Of a DNA stretch of 64,000 bases, positions 1 to 9,789 are shown in pieces. The notes beneath the pieces were generated by a model, which did not search any database, was not told where the DNA came from, and worked only from the letters and a program-made list of their open reading frames with translations. This DNA is from Thermofilaceae archaeon. Its GTDB lineage: Archaea > Thermoproteota > Thermoprotei > Thermofilales > Thermofilaceae. The position numbers and the translations under genes were made by a program. The stretch lies in NCBI GenBank assembly GCA_038861545.1, contig JAWCCZ010000001.1:192001-256000 (forward strand), given 5' to 3'. Each line of letters begins with the position of its first letter. The first letter of the stretch is position 1.

Positions 1-95
1 GCTTATCTTATCGATAGGAGTGGGAAATGCGGGCCCAACAGCCTCCTTGAATTGCTTGACATTATAGCTTGACCTTGGAAGCGTTTAACCACAAA

Positions 96-102
96 TTTTA
101 AT
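96..102 (+). promoter_or_regulatory. Putative TATA box of tRNA-Pro
   Basis: TTTTAAT preceded by A-rich ACAAA, about 25-30 nt upstream of the tRNA 5' end at 127. Confidence 0.5.
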
Positions 103-126
103 CCCCCTTAAAGCAGGGCAGGATTA

Positions 127-224
127 GGGGCCGTAGTCTAGCTTGGTAGGATGCCAGCCTGGGGACGTACCCCGAGGTGCCGATGGAACGCTGGTGAACC
201 CGGGTTCAAGTCCCGGCGGCCCCA
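127..224 (+). tRNA. tRNA-Pro(GGG) with a 24-nt anticodon-loop intron (about 165..188, position 37/38)
   Basis: Acceptor stem GGGGCCG/CGGCCCC, anticodon stem CCAGC/GCTGG, loop CT-GGG-G|intron|C, T-loop GGTTCAAGTCC; CCA not encoded; the BHB central helix is imperfect. Confidence 0.9.
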
Positions 225-240
225 TTATAGTGTACCTCTA

Positions 241-372
241 CTAACCACGCACGCTTTTCATATTTCTTGAGGCTTCCTCGAAGGATTTTACTAGCCGAGC
301 TGCTTTCTCCAGTACATGCTTATTTTCGATAGCAACTCTGTAAAGCTTATAATAATTCCTCTCTTTAACCAC
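241..372 (-). CDS. Small hypothetical protein (43 aa, MVKERNYYKLYRVAIENKHVLEKAARLVKSFEEASRNMKSVRG), possibly a gene remnant
   Basis: Manual translation, GTG start; TTATATA about 20 nt upstream on the minus strand; below the ORF-track length cut-off. Confidence 0.3.
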   Translation of the reverse strand: MVKERNYYKLYRVAIENKHVLEKAARLVKSFEEASRNMKSVRG

Positions 373-405
373 AGATCAATTTAAAGGGTATATAAGAGGG
401 AAAAG

Positions 406-876
406 CTACAGCTTTTTCTGCATGTAAACCCTACTAATAGTAAATCCTTTCCTTCTATACCATTTAATCGCCTCCGTATTTTCTACCGTTGTAGTTAAAG
501 CCATTCTCTCGATACCCTTTAATCTGCAGAATTCTTCCACTGCTGAGAGAAGCGCTGTACCTATACCGTGTCCCCTAAAATCTTCGCTAACTTCCATGTC
601 GTAAATGTAACAAATAGGTATGAAATCCACTGAGTCAACTTTGATACCAGCCCATACAGCTCCGATCACTTTTCCCTCTTCATTCACTGCAAAGCGTATA
701 AAATTCTCTGAGTTGCTCAAGTAAAGTTGTTTAACTAACTCTTCATGTCTTCGAGCATACTCATCATAGCTAAGCAGCTTCTTAACTTTCTCGCTTACGA
801 ACGGCCAACTCATTACTCTATCAAACTCGATGAATCTCTTCAAATCTCCCTCGATAACCTTAAATTTCATGAACAT
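406..876 (-). CDS. GNAT-family N-acetyltransferase
   Basis: Motif A EVSEDFRGHGIGTALL and N-x-x-A-x-x-W-Y-x-x-x-GF; overlaps the upstream gene by 10 nt. Confidence 0.9.
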   Translation of the reverse strand: MFMKFKVIEGDLKRFIEFDRVMSWPFVSEKVKKLLSYDEYARRHEELVKQLYLSNSENFIRFAVNEEGKVIGAVWAGIKVDSVDFIPICYIYDMEVSEDFRGHGIGTALLSAVEEFCRLKGIERMALTTTVENTEAIKWYRRKGFTISRVYMQKKL

Positions 877-2342
877 CCACCCAACCTTAAAACCTTCTCT
901 CTAGTGGTTTCAATCCATTCACTACCTTGTAAGATAACGTAACCCAGCGTATATAGCTCGAGGATATCGAAGATTTTCTCCCGTAATTCACAGTAGGGGA
1001 CAGCGTCCACGTGAGAAGATATTGGATCAAAGTGCATCATCTCGACATGCGGGTGCTTTATCCCTCTTGGGAGATTCAGGCCCCAGATGCTGTTAGCCAA
1101 GTATAGGGAGTGTTCTAGCTCGGACTCGTCAAGTCTATATTTATTCTCTAGGATTCTACGAGTTAAGTCTCGGTAATGTTTCTTTTCATAACCTAGAAGA
1201 GTCGCTTCGATGCCATTAGCTAGCAGAAAAATTATTATCCCGGTACACTTAAAACACTTACCGCATGGTACAAGTGAGCCGTTCTTCACTAAAGGTGAGT
1301 GACAACTCATCTGTAACTTAAAGATCTCGGGGTATCTCCTAGCAAGTACTCGCTCGACTACTAAGCCTGTTACTGGCCGGATAGGCGACCACTGTTTAAC
1401 ATTTATACCTCGCTGTTCAAACCAGTTACTGGCATATTTTTCAAATTCTTGAGATTGGTCGAAAGTAGCATAGTAGTGCTTAATCCCGTTAAACTCGAAT
1501 GTCAAGTTTGAAGGATCATCAAATTCGTTGCCGAAGCAAATATTGCCGACCCCGTACTTTCCAGCTATGGGAAGAAAAGAGAAAGCATAGTGTTCAAACC
1601 AAAACAGTCTGATCGGGTAAAACTCCTTACTTTTCCTGAGAAAATTGGGTATAACAATTTTCATGTTACGTTCAATGAATGTGAAAAGACGGTCCAAGTT
1701 ACTCCAAACTTTTTTAGTTTCCGGAATATTCGCCGAGAAGTACGTGTAAGCTTTAAGCGCAACTAACCAGTGTCTTCCTGATTCGTTGAAAAAGCAAGGA
1801 TAAACTTTCATTCCAGCTTCCTTCAGGAGTGAATAAGTTAGCAGGCTATCCTTACCACCCGACGTCATTACAATACAAGTTGAAGAATCCGTGTTAAAGT
1901 CTAGTGAGGTCCCATTAAAAGTCTCGGGCAGGTCGACTTGAGCTAATGGTTTTGTATTCTCAGGCTGTACATCTTTAGAATCGGGTACATACTCGTCACG
2001 GATCAGACCGGTTCTCTTCGCTATCCTATTTACAAAGATGTCGCGTGCTGTAGCTTCGCTTATATCTAAGAAGAACTTATAATCTAGTTCATGTATCGAG
2101 AAATCGAAACGAATTTCTTCTGTAAAGAGCCTATAATTAATTACTGGTACTAAACTAACCAACTTTGCCACTTCATTAAGTTGTTGTTCGTTAAACTCCT
2201 CTCGATAGCTTTGGATTAACGTATAGCTTTTCTTCAGACCATCATATTCGAGGGTATAGTCTACTCGAAAACCCCTGGGCTTGAGCTTGATACCGTGTAC
2301 GGTTATCCTGTCAAAGCATTTCAAATTTGCTATTGTCACCAT
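867..2342 (-). CDS. Uncharacterised PP-loop (HUP) ATP-pyrophosphatase-like protein with a C-terminal Cys/His metal site (MurL/QueC-like architecture)
   Basis: SGGKDS PP-loop; SCH...CGKCFKC cluster; long N-terminal extension. Confidence 0.7.
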   Translation of the reverse strand: MVTIANLKCFDRITVHGIKLKPRGFRVDYTLEYDGLKKSYTLIQSYREEFNEQQLNEVAKLVSLVPVINYRLFTEEIRFDFSIHELDYKFFLDISEATARDIFVNRIAKRTGLIRDEYVPDSKDVQPENTKPLAQVDLPETFNGTSLDFNTDSSTCIVMTSGGKDSLLTYSLLKEAGMKVYPCFFNESGRHWLVALKAYTYFSANIPETKKVWSNLDRLFTFIERNMKIVIPNFLRKSKEFYPIRLFWFEHYAFSFLPIAGKYGVGNICFGNEFDDPSNLTFEFNGIKHYYATFDQSQEFEKYASNWFEQRGINVKQWSPIRPVTGLVVERVLARRYPEIFKLQMSCHSPLVKNGSLVPCGKCFKCTGIIIFLLANGIEATLLGYEKKHYRDLTRRILENKYRLDESELEHSLYLANSIWGLNLPRGIKHPHVEMMHFDPISSHVDAVPYCELREKIFDILELYTLGYVILQGSEWIETTREKVLRLGGCS

Positions 2343-2484
2343 GGATCCAGCGAAATCAGGATAATAATTTCTAACGTATTAACCCCTGGAAAGATTCCCC
2401 TCTAAATTCCAATTGCAAGCTTACGTAAGTCGGGATTTAAACCATTATCGCCAAAATACTGGCGTTAGAATTATATAAAAATAT

Positions 2485-2934
2485 ATGCGTAAAAGAGAAC
2501 TGCTTACACGTCTATTCATGACAATGGTTATAGTATTCTCGGCTTTCATTTTGATTTCTATGCTAACTGACTTAGCTCTCCTATACTATGTGACTAAAAC
2601 CCTTGAAAAAGGTGAAATACCAGCTTTTTTCATTATTGAAAAAATGAATGGTTGCATCGTTGCACATGTGGACAACTTTCCAACGCTCGGCCTCTCACTT
2701 GCAATAACTTCTTTCTCAGGATTTATATTTGACAAGAAACTGGACTCAAGCTTAGCGAAAAAGTGTGGTGCAATTCCAGCAATAGTAATAATTTCCGCAT
2801 CTGCCGTCATTGGCGCCATCGTCGCGGCCATGGCTAAAAGCAACACATTTTGTGGATATATATGTCCAAGCCTGACTTGTACAAATAAGGGAGTTAGCTC
2901 CTGCGACGGTTTGCTACAAATAATGTATATGTAA
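2485..2934 (+). CDS. Small membrane protein with a Cys-rich C-terminal tail
   Basis: Three hydrophobic segments; tail FCGYICPSLTCTNKGVSSC; TTATATAA box directly upstream. Confidence 0.55.
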   Translation: MRKRELLTRLFMTMVIVFSAFILISMLTDLALLYYVTKTLEKGEIPAFFIIEKMNGCIVAHVDNFPTLGLSLAITSFSGFIFDKKLDSSLAKKCGAIPAIVIISASAVIGAIVAAMAKSNTFCGYICPSLTCTNKGVSSCDGLLQIMYM

Positions 2935-2943
2935 GCCGTAAAA

Positions 2944-4237
2944 GTGATTAAAATTATTATAGAAACTTTTTACCTAATTAAAGGAATCATTCGCAGCCCG
3001 CGTTACTGGACTGTAATAATACCTCTTCTTGTTCAGTTACCTTATATTCCCATTCTTAGGCAGGGCACGTTAAACATTGTCTACCCTGACCTCATAGCGT
3101 TTCATTTGATACAATATTCGCTTTTCTTTTTGATTATTTGTCAAACATACTTAAATGTTTATGAAATCCTTCATATAAGTTATCTTCCAGTTACCAAACG
3201 CCGTATTTGGCATTAATAGGCAAATTGGCAGCTACGCTTTCAACTTTGCCATGGCTTTATTCTTATGCATTTCTCACTTGCTATTTATTCGCATATGAAA
3301 CTTTTCTCCTGAAATGGGAAGGGCATGCTCTAATACTAAGCGTTATGGTGGCTACTTTCGGGTTGAAATTTGCGCTACCCTCATCGATTGTTTTCTTAGT
3401 TTTACTACTTCATTTAGGTGTTAAACTTCGTATCGCATTGCTCCTCTCAACTATTATCATATTTACAAGTACTCTTAAACCGCTTAGTGAATTAATGAAC
3501 AAGCTGTTAAGTGTAAAGGTCTTTTACTTGGCTAAAACACCAGTAATAATCTTAAGTCCTCTTTTTATAATTTCAGTAACTTTTCCTACAGTAATTGCGA
3601 TTGTCACACTAGCTCCTCTTACATTAGAGGAGATGGGTATTTGTGTAAAAGTATTTGCAACTCCCTTATCGTTAAGGCTTTCCATTCTCTGGAATGAAAC
3701 GCAGGTTATTATGTGTCCCGCGAGAATTGCAAAACCAGATTTCTGGATAGCATTAACACTACTGGGTATGGAAATTGTCATACTATCTTTCATTATTCTC
3801 CCGCTAAGCTTAGCAGGTCTTCGCTACGTTGATGGAAAGCTATGGCCCCTATTTTACCTAAAGGGTCCTAAACTAAAATGGTTCGCAGTCCAACTAGCTT
3901 TTAACGCAGCATATGCTCTTACCATATACTTTGCCTCATTTAAGGCTCTTGAAATAACTGGTATAGCTACATCTCAAGGCATACTACATACTTTCTCTAT
4001 TATATTACCTATAATAGTCTTGATAGCACCTCCTATCGACGAAAAGGGGATTATGCAACTACAAGCAATTCTTATTCCCTTATCCCCTTATTTCTTTCTT
4101 TCTTCCTTTATAATGTCTCTGAAACCGTAGACATGCTCATACTTGTAGACGGCAGAATTCTACTGTTGTTATCTATACTTATTTCATTTACAGTGTACAC
4201 TCTATGGTTCAAAGCTAGGGCTTGGCTGGAGGGGTAA
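2944..4237 (+). pseudogene. Multi-pass membrane protein (probable ABC permease) broken into fragments 2944..3216 and 3207..4130 plus a tail to about 4237
   Basis: Consecutive overlapping hydrophobic ORFs in different frames, directly upstream of an ABC ATPase. Confidence 0.5.
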
Positions 4238-4240
4238 AGT

Positions 4241-4869
4241 ATGCCACTACTTGAAGTGCGAGAACTAGCTGCCGGATACGGTGATTCCCCTATCATCAGT
4301 CCCCTTAGTTTCACGCTAGATGCCAGGGAAATTCTCCTCATCTATGGTCCTAATAGTATCGGTAAGACAACTCTTTTTAGAACTATAGCTACTTTACTGA
4401 AACCGCTTTCTGGCTCTATATTGATAGAGAGTGAAGCCGCAGGGAAGCATAAAGGAAAGATATTTTCATTCCAGAAACCATAGATTTACCCCTAAAACTC
4501 AAGGTCGTAGATTACTTGCGAATAATCTCCTTGCTCTACGGTGGTGGAAGTGTGGAATCTATTCTCGACGAGTTAGGCTTACAGAAGAGTTTAGCGATAG
4601 AACATCTTTCTCAAGGATTAAGGAGGAGGCTTCAGTTGGCATCTGCGCTTGTTGCTAAGGCAAAGATTTACGTGCTAGATGATCCAACAGTAGGTCTAGA
4701 CGACTATGCCGTAGAGTGTCTAATGCCATCGATTGTAAGCGAGCTCGCCAATAGAGGAGCGGTCTTACTTTCTACAAAGGAGGGGCGGCTTATAGAAGTC
4801 CTAAGCTTGCTAGATAAAGTAAAGGTTATTCATGCACTCAAGTATAGTCGAATGGCAACAAAAATTTAG
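4241..4869 (+). pseudogene. ABC transporter ATP-binding protein, frameshifted
   Basis: Walker A GPNSIGKTT in 4241..4483; signature LSQGLRRR and Walker B YVLDDP in 4516..4869; adding one T to the T4 run at 4463..4466 restores IFFIPETIDLP... and joins the halves. Confidence 0.85.
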
Positions 4870-4955
4870 ATGAATCTTATTCATTTTAAACCAAAAAGTA
4901 TTTTTCAGTTTTCTCTCTCGTATAATTATTAATAAGACGGTGATCTATTTGGGGC

Positions 4956-5900
4956 GTGCCAAGACCCGCTATAATAATCCACGGTGGAGCTGGCAGGATT
5001 CGAGAAGAGGACATTAACAATAGATTAAAATTCTTAAGAGAAGCGACAACCAGAGGTTTTGAGATTTTAACCAGTGGAGGCTCAGCGCTCAATGCAGTTG
5101 TAGAGGCAGTTGTTGTACTTGAAGACTCCGGGGTGTTTAACGCTGGTTTAGGAAGTTGTTTAACCTTTGACGGGAGCGTTGAGATGGATGCCGGCGTGAT
5201 GGATTGCGAAGGCAACATAGGAGCGGTTGCCGCTGTTAGGCGTGTCAAGAATCCAGTTTTGTTAGCCAAGAAAGTGATGGAATTGACGGATCATATACTA
5301 ATGGTGAGCGAAGGGGCTGAGAGGTTAGCTTCCACGCTGGGTTTAACGATTCCAGAGGAGCTTATCATTACCTCTGAAAAGCTGAGAAGACTTGAGGAGC
5401 TTAAAGCAAGGTGGCTTAAGGGTGAGGATTTTACATGGTTACAAAAACTTAGAATCTTATCCCAAGAATACTCTGTTTTCTTCGAAACTGTAGGAGCCGC
5501 CGCGGTTGATACTGATGGACACGTAGCGGCGGCCACCTCCACCGGGGGCTACTGGCTAAAGCTTAAAGGTAGAGTTGGGGATTCACCTATTCCTGGAGCA
5601 GGGTTTTATGCTTTAAAAAGCGTTGGAGCTTGCTCAGCTACGGGTATTGGTGAGGCAATCATAAAATCTATGTTATGTTTAAATGTCTGCGAGTACATGA
5701 GAACTGGTTTAAACGCGAAGGAGGCGACTTTAAGAGCTATAGAGTATATGAGCACTACTTTGGGACAGGGTCTGGCTGGCGTAATAGCGGTTGACACAAA
5801 TGGATGTATTGGATACGAGTTTAACACGGAAGCTATGCTAGTTGGTTTCAAGTATAAGAGCATGCAAGAGGCAGAGGCGCTGCTTGCACGTAAACCTTAA
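4956..5900 (+). CDS. iaaA: Isoaspartyl peptidase/L-asparaginase (plant-type, Ntn hydrolase)
   Basis: IIIHGGAG, LEDSGVFNAG, EMDAG, nucleophile in ETVGAAA, TSTGG, GRVGDSPIPGAG. Confidence 0.92.
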   Translation: MPRPAIIIHGGAGRIREEDINNRLKFLREATTRGFEILTSGGSALNAVVEAVVVLEDSGVFNAGLGSCLTFDGSVEMDAGVMDCEGNIGAVAAVRRVKNPVLLAKKVMELTDHILMVSEGAERLASTLGLTIPEELIITSEKLRRLEELKARWLKGEDFTWLQKLRILSQEYSVFFETVGAAAVDTDGHVAAATSTGGYWLKLKGRVGDSPIPGAGFYALKSVGACSATGIGEAIIKSMLCLNVCEYMRTGLNAKEATLRAIEYMSTTLGQGLAGVIAVDTNGCIGYEFNTEAMLVGFKYKSMQEAEALLARKP

Positions 5901-5927
5901 TTTTAACACAGCCCGAATTCACAGTGA

Positions 5928-6761
5928 GTGTCTCCTAATATGCCAGGCGATCTCAAGCTGCGTATTCACCTAAGCGAAGGTAGCCTAGAATTATGCATTA
6001 CTGCAAAGAAGATAGACAAGGTATTTCCACATGAGGAAGTAGTACCAGCGCACTTAGATAGATTGAAGCTTGCATTGCTCAGCAGCCCCCTCCAGCGGAA
6101 CCCTATAATTATAGATTCGGCTTCAGGGCTCATACTTGATGGCACACACCGATGGGCTGCAATGCATGATCTAGGTTACAGATGGATTGTCGTTTGTGAA
6201 GTCGATTACAATAATCCTTTGATAGTTCTAGATAGATGGGTAAGAGCGTATAAACATATTAAAAGCTCCTTAGTAGAAGAAATCGCTAGGGAGTTTGAAG
6301 CAGAGCCTGTCGAGCGAAATAAGGTTGAAAACGAGGACTTAATTTTAGGAACCTCAAGCACATTATACCGCGTTAATTACACGTCGGTTGAAGAAGCGTT
6401 CACTAAGCTTCACGCAATTGAAAAAAAGCTTCTACGACTTTACGGGTATACACCATCTTATATTGCTAGCGGCTATAGAGGTAAGGTTGAAGAGTATTCA
6501 TTCTTCCTAGTACCTCCTCTACTGAGCAAGAATGATGTAGTGAAGCTTGCGCGGAAGGGTTTTTCGCTCCCGCCGAAAAGCACCAGACACTTAGTGCCGG
6601 CTCGCCCTCTAAGTGTTAACGTACCATTAAAGTTGCTAATTGATGAGTCACTAGATTTTGAGGCATTAGGCGAAATCCTACGCCAAAGGAATCCTGTGCT
6701 CTTGAAGCCGCCTATCCGGTTAGACCGGGATTATCAAGAACTGGTGCTATACTTTATTTAA
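5928..6761 (+). CDS. ParB/Srx-fold protein (SbnI/SerK-like small-molecule kinase or nucleotide-binding protein)
   Basis: PHEE...NPIIID...ILDGTHRW motif; C-terminal PPKSTRH. Confidence 0.7.
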   Translation: MSPNMPGDLKLRIHLSEGSLELCITAKKIDKVFPHEEVVPAHLDRLKLALLSSPLQRNPIIIDSASGLILDGTHRWAAMHDLGYRWIVVCEVDYNNPLIVLDRWVRAYKHIKSSLVEEIAREFEAEPVERNKVENEDLILGTSSTLYRVNYTSVEEAFTKLHAIEKKLLRLYGYTPSYIASGYRGKVEEYSFFLVPPLLSKNDVVKLARKGFSLPPKSTRHLVPARPLSVNVPLKLLIDESLDFEALGEILRQRNPVLLKPPIRLDRDYQELVLYFI

Positions 6762-6764
6762 CTC

Positions 6765-8273
6765 TTGAAATTAAGAAAATACGGGGTACTCTTGCGCAAA
6801 GATTACCTGGTTGGTTTTAGAGTGAGTGAGAAACCGCCACCGGTTGAAGTTATCAGTAGGGTTCTAAGGGAAGCTGGAACATGGATTGAATCCTACGGTG
6901 CGTTGCTTGAGGGTTGGGACTACGATGAGAACGAGGGCTTTATTCTTGTTCATCTAAAGTTAGAAGAAGCTCGGGTTGATCAGCTCAAAGCAGCTTTTGC
7001 TGGGCTCATATCAAAAAGCTTGGGACAGACTGTCGAGAAAGCCATCATATCGCCTAAGGGAGACAATTATGTGAAAGGTCATGGAATCCTGCCGAGCCCT
7101 TCAGTAATGGGCTTTCTACTTCGAGCTGCTCGCCAATGTAAAGCTACAGGTGATTTAACCAAGAATGAAGTATTCGCGCTACTTCTATTTTATATGCTTG
7201 GGGGCGATTTAACTCGTGTAGTACTAGCTTCTTCTTTCTTTAACTTGGATCCAAGCGAAACTGAAGCTGCGCTGCATAGACTCTCCGGTCACTACATAGA
7301 CATTGAAAAAGGTAGGCTCCTAAAACAAGGCGAAAAGCTGCTGGATTATTTAATAACTAATCTTCGCGTTCGTCCGGTCGCCAAAGAACGTTCATCGCTT
7401 TCTCTTATAGATGAAGGGTATCGTATAGAAGCTTTCAGTGTGGATAAGCTAGCGCGTTCTCTCTACTTGAGTGGAGTTCCATATAGGTACATTCCTGAAA
7501 TAGTAAACCAGGTAGCTAACACGTTACACGGTAAAAAATTCGTTTCAAGAAGAGCTCTTGCCTCCGTGGTAAGAAGCCTGATAGAAGATATGGATCGTAC
7601 AGATACTGCTCTGAGATTTTATGCTTACATTTATGCGCTTGATAGAATCTACGTATTACGTGGCGTGACCGAGGAGCGCATTAGCTGGAATTTACTAAGG
7701 AGGACCGCTTATACCATCCTAAGTAAAAGAGCTTTAAAAGTATCGTCAAGCTTAGCGGAGACTTTGGCGGAGTTAATTGCCGACAAGCTTAGGGAGACTA
7801 TAGCTTCAGAGCCATGGAAGAGTGAGAGTATAATCTTAAACGAGAATGAGCTTATCAGAATTGCTGAAGATGCAGCGCCGTTAGTCTCAAGAACATGGGC
7901 AGAACTTCACGAAATTGATCCTCACGAGTGCGCGTACGCTTACAAGTTGAGGGGAAGTGAGATCCTTCAAGCGGCTAAAGGAGCTTACGATTTCGGGGAA
8001 AGGAAGGATTTGATACTTAAAGGGCTTCACTTAGTGACTTCAGGTTTATTGCTAGAATTATGTGTCCTCCCCTCCAACCGTATAGAGCAGAATCTAGGGA
8101 TGCTTAGGGCAATAATTAAATCGAAGACAGGGGCTAGCGATGAAAAAATCAGGCGCTACCTTTCTCTCGCTTTAAAGCTTGCTCGCTCACCCACTATAAT
8201 GAGCCCGAGAGAGAATAGACAAGTGCTTAACCAGCTTGATGAATTGCTTAAGCTCGACATCTGGGGTAAGTAA
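6765..8273 (+). CDS. Uncharacterised protein with ATP-cone-like segment(s) and a helical C-terminal domain
   Basis: EAFSVDKLARSLYLSGVP...IVNQV resembles an ATP-cone; 502-aa ORF 3 nt after the previous gene. Confidence 0.55.
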   Translation: MKLRKYGVLLRKDYLVGFRVSEKPPPVEVISRVLREAGTWIESYGALLEGWDYDENEGFILVHLKLEEARVDQLKAAFAGLISKSLGQTVEKAIISPKGDNYVKGHGILPSPSVMGFLLRAARQCKATGDLTKNEVFALLLFYMLGGDLTRVVLASSFFNLDPSETEAALHRLSGHYIDIEKGRLLKQGEKLLDYLITNLRVRPVAKERSSLSLIDEGYRIEAFSVDKLARSLYLSGVPYRYIPEIVNQVANTLHGKKFVSRRALASVVRSLIEDMDRTDTALRFYAYIYALDRIYVLRGVTEERISWNLLRRTAYTILSKRALKVSSSLAETLAELIADKLRETIASEPWKSESIILNENELIRIAEDAAPLVSRTWAELHEIDPHECAYAYKLRGSEILQAAKGAYDFGERKDLILKGLHLVTSGLLLELCVLPSNRIEQNLGMLRAIIKSKTGASDEKIRRYLSLALKLARSPTIMSPRENRQVLNQLDELLKLDIWGK

Positions 8274-8440
8274 TACGAGGTTAGGATATAGTCCGAGAAT
8301 CTCTACACGATATGGAGTATCCTCAGAAAGTCTTAATAAGTTGTGTAGAGGTTTGTGGCTATGCCGTAACCGGCGCGAGTTAGTAGCCTTAACTCACGCT
8401 TTAGACACGCGATCAACATTAATACTTATTTCTCAAGGGC

Positions 8441-9739
8441 TTGTTGATGCATAGGTTAATTTATTTAGTACTGGATGGAGCCGCTGACTCACTAGCTACG
8501 GTAGAGACTAGCTTAGAAATAGCGAAGACACCGGCTTTAGATAAGCTGGCTTCTGTCTCGATTGGAGGCCTAATGTACCCGATAGAGGAAGGAGTTGCAC
8601 CTGAAAGCGATGCAGCAGTGTTATCTCTGCTGAGCTACAATCCTCACTACCACTACACAGGAAGGGGACCACTCGAAGCCCTTGGAGCCGGCATTGAGAT
8701 CAAAGAAGGTTACGAGGTGGCATTTCGTGCCAACTTTTCGACTATAAACGAGGATACGTTAGAGATAGTCGATAGAAGAGTGGGAAGGAGCTTAACCTCC
8801 AGCGAAGCCCGAAGGCTCGGTGCCGCGATTGATGGACTTGAGCTGGGGTTATATGATGGCTACGCTAAAGTGAAAGCAACGATTGGTCATAGGGCAGTGG
8901 TCGTTATCGGTAGCAGGAGCCATAGATTATCTGATGAAGTTGATAATACAGATCCAGCATACGCAAAGGTTGGAAAAATCTCAGTGGCTCGCCCATCGTT
9001 TGAGAAGCGTATCGCACGCTGTGAACCTTTAACTAACACCCCTGAGGCTAAAGCAACTGCAGATTTAGTGAACAAGTTTACAAGGAAAGCTGTCGAGATT
9101 TTGTCTAAACACCCAGTTAACTTAGAAAGAGTCGCTAAAGGTCAACCCAAGGCAAATGCGATTCTGCTTAGAGATTCGGGAGGCATGCTCCCAAGGGTTG
9201 AACCGATATTCAAGAAATTTGGAGTGAAATTCAGTGCAGTTGTAGAAATGCCCGTTGAATTGGGGATAGCGAAATTGCTTGGGATGGAGGTGGCGGAAGT
9301 TGAGGAACCTACTGGCGATAAAGCGCGCGACTATAATCGTCGCTTAGAGGCTGTGCTAAACTTACTGAACCGTGTGGATGCAGTATATGTACACCTTAAA
9401 GGCCCAGATGAACCGGGACACGACGGTCTTCTTTCCGAGAAGGCTAAAGCTATCGAGGAGATCGATAAATTTTTTATCAAACCCTTACTCGAAGTGATAA
9501 GCCTCAGCGAAACAGCCGTGATTGTAACTGCAGATCATGCAACCCCGCCCCACGCTAAATCCCACACAGGGGATCCAGTACCCATACTTTTGCATGTTCC
9601 CGGTGCGGAGGGTGATAAGCTAAGACGTTTTACTGAGCGTGAATGCGCTAAAGGATCACTGGGTTTTCTTCCACATGGCTGGGAGCTACTGCCTAAGGTC
9701 TTCAATACTTTTAGAGAAATTGGTTTCACGTTAGGTTAA
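8441..9739 (+). CDS. apgM: 2,3-bisphosphoglycerate-independent phosphoglycerate mutase (archaeal type)
   Basis: VLDGAAD, PESD, YTGRGPLEALG, HLKGPDEPGHDG, TADHATP, HTGDPVP; ATG at 8447 is an alternative start. Confidence 0.92.
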   Translation: MLMHRLIYLVLDGAADSLATVETSLEIAKTPALDKLASVSIGGLMYPIEEGVAPESDAAVLSLLSYNPHYHYTGRGPLEALGAGIEIKEGYEVAFRANFSTINEDTLEIVDRRVGRSLTSSEARRLGAAIDGLELGLYDGYAKVKATIGHRAVVVIGSRSHRLSDEVDNTDPAYAKVGKISVARPSFEKRIARCEPLTNTPEAKATADLVNKFTRKAVEILSKHPVNLERVAKGQPKANAILLRDSGGMLPRVEPIFKKFGVKFSAVVEMPVELGIAKLLGMEVAEVEEPTGDKARDYNRRLEAVLNLLNRVDAVYVHLKGPDEPGHDGLLSEKAKAIEEIDKFFIKPLLEVISLSETAVIVTADHATPPHAKSHTGDPVPILLHVPGAEGDKLRRFTERECAKGSLGFLPHGWELLPKVFNTFREIGFTLG

Positions 9740-9789
9740 AGGATATAGAAAAGATTGCTAACATATCTTTTAAATAAAAATATTTTTAA

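Noticed and set aside
867-2342. Assignment as QueC feeding archaeosine synthesis with tgtA
   Set aside because: About twice QueC length, lacks recognisable QueC-specific motifs beyond the PP-loop and Cys cluster, and has no queD/queE neighbours
225-4870. Provirus or integrative element at tRNA-Pro
   Set aside because: No integrase, viral genes or duplicated tRNA 3' end (attR) were found in the window
5928-6761. Chromosome-partitioning ParB
   Set aside because: No ParA partner, no HTH or dimerisation domain and no parS-like repeats; context is metabolic
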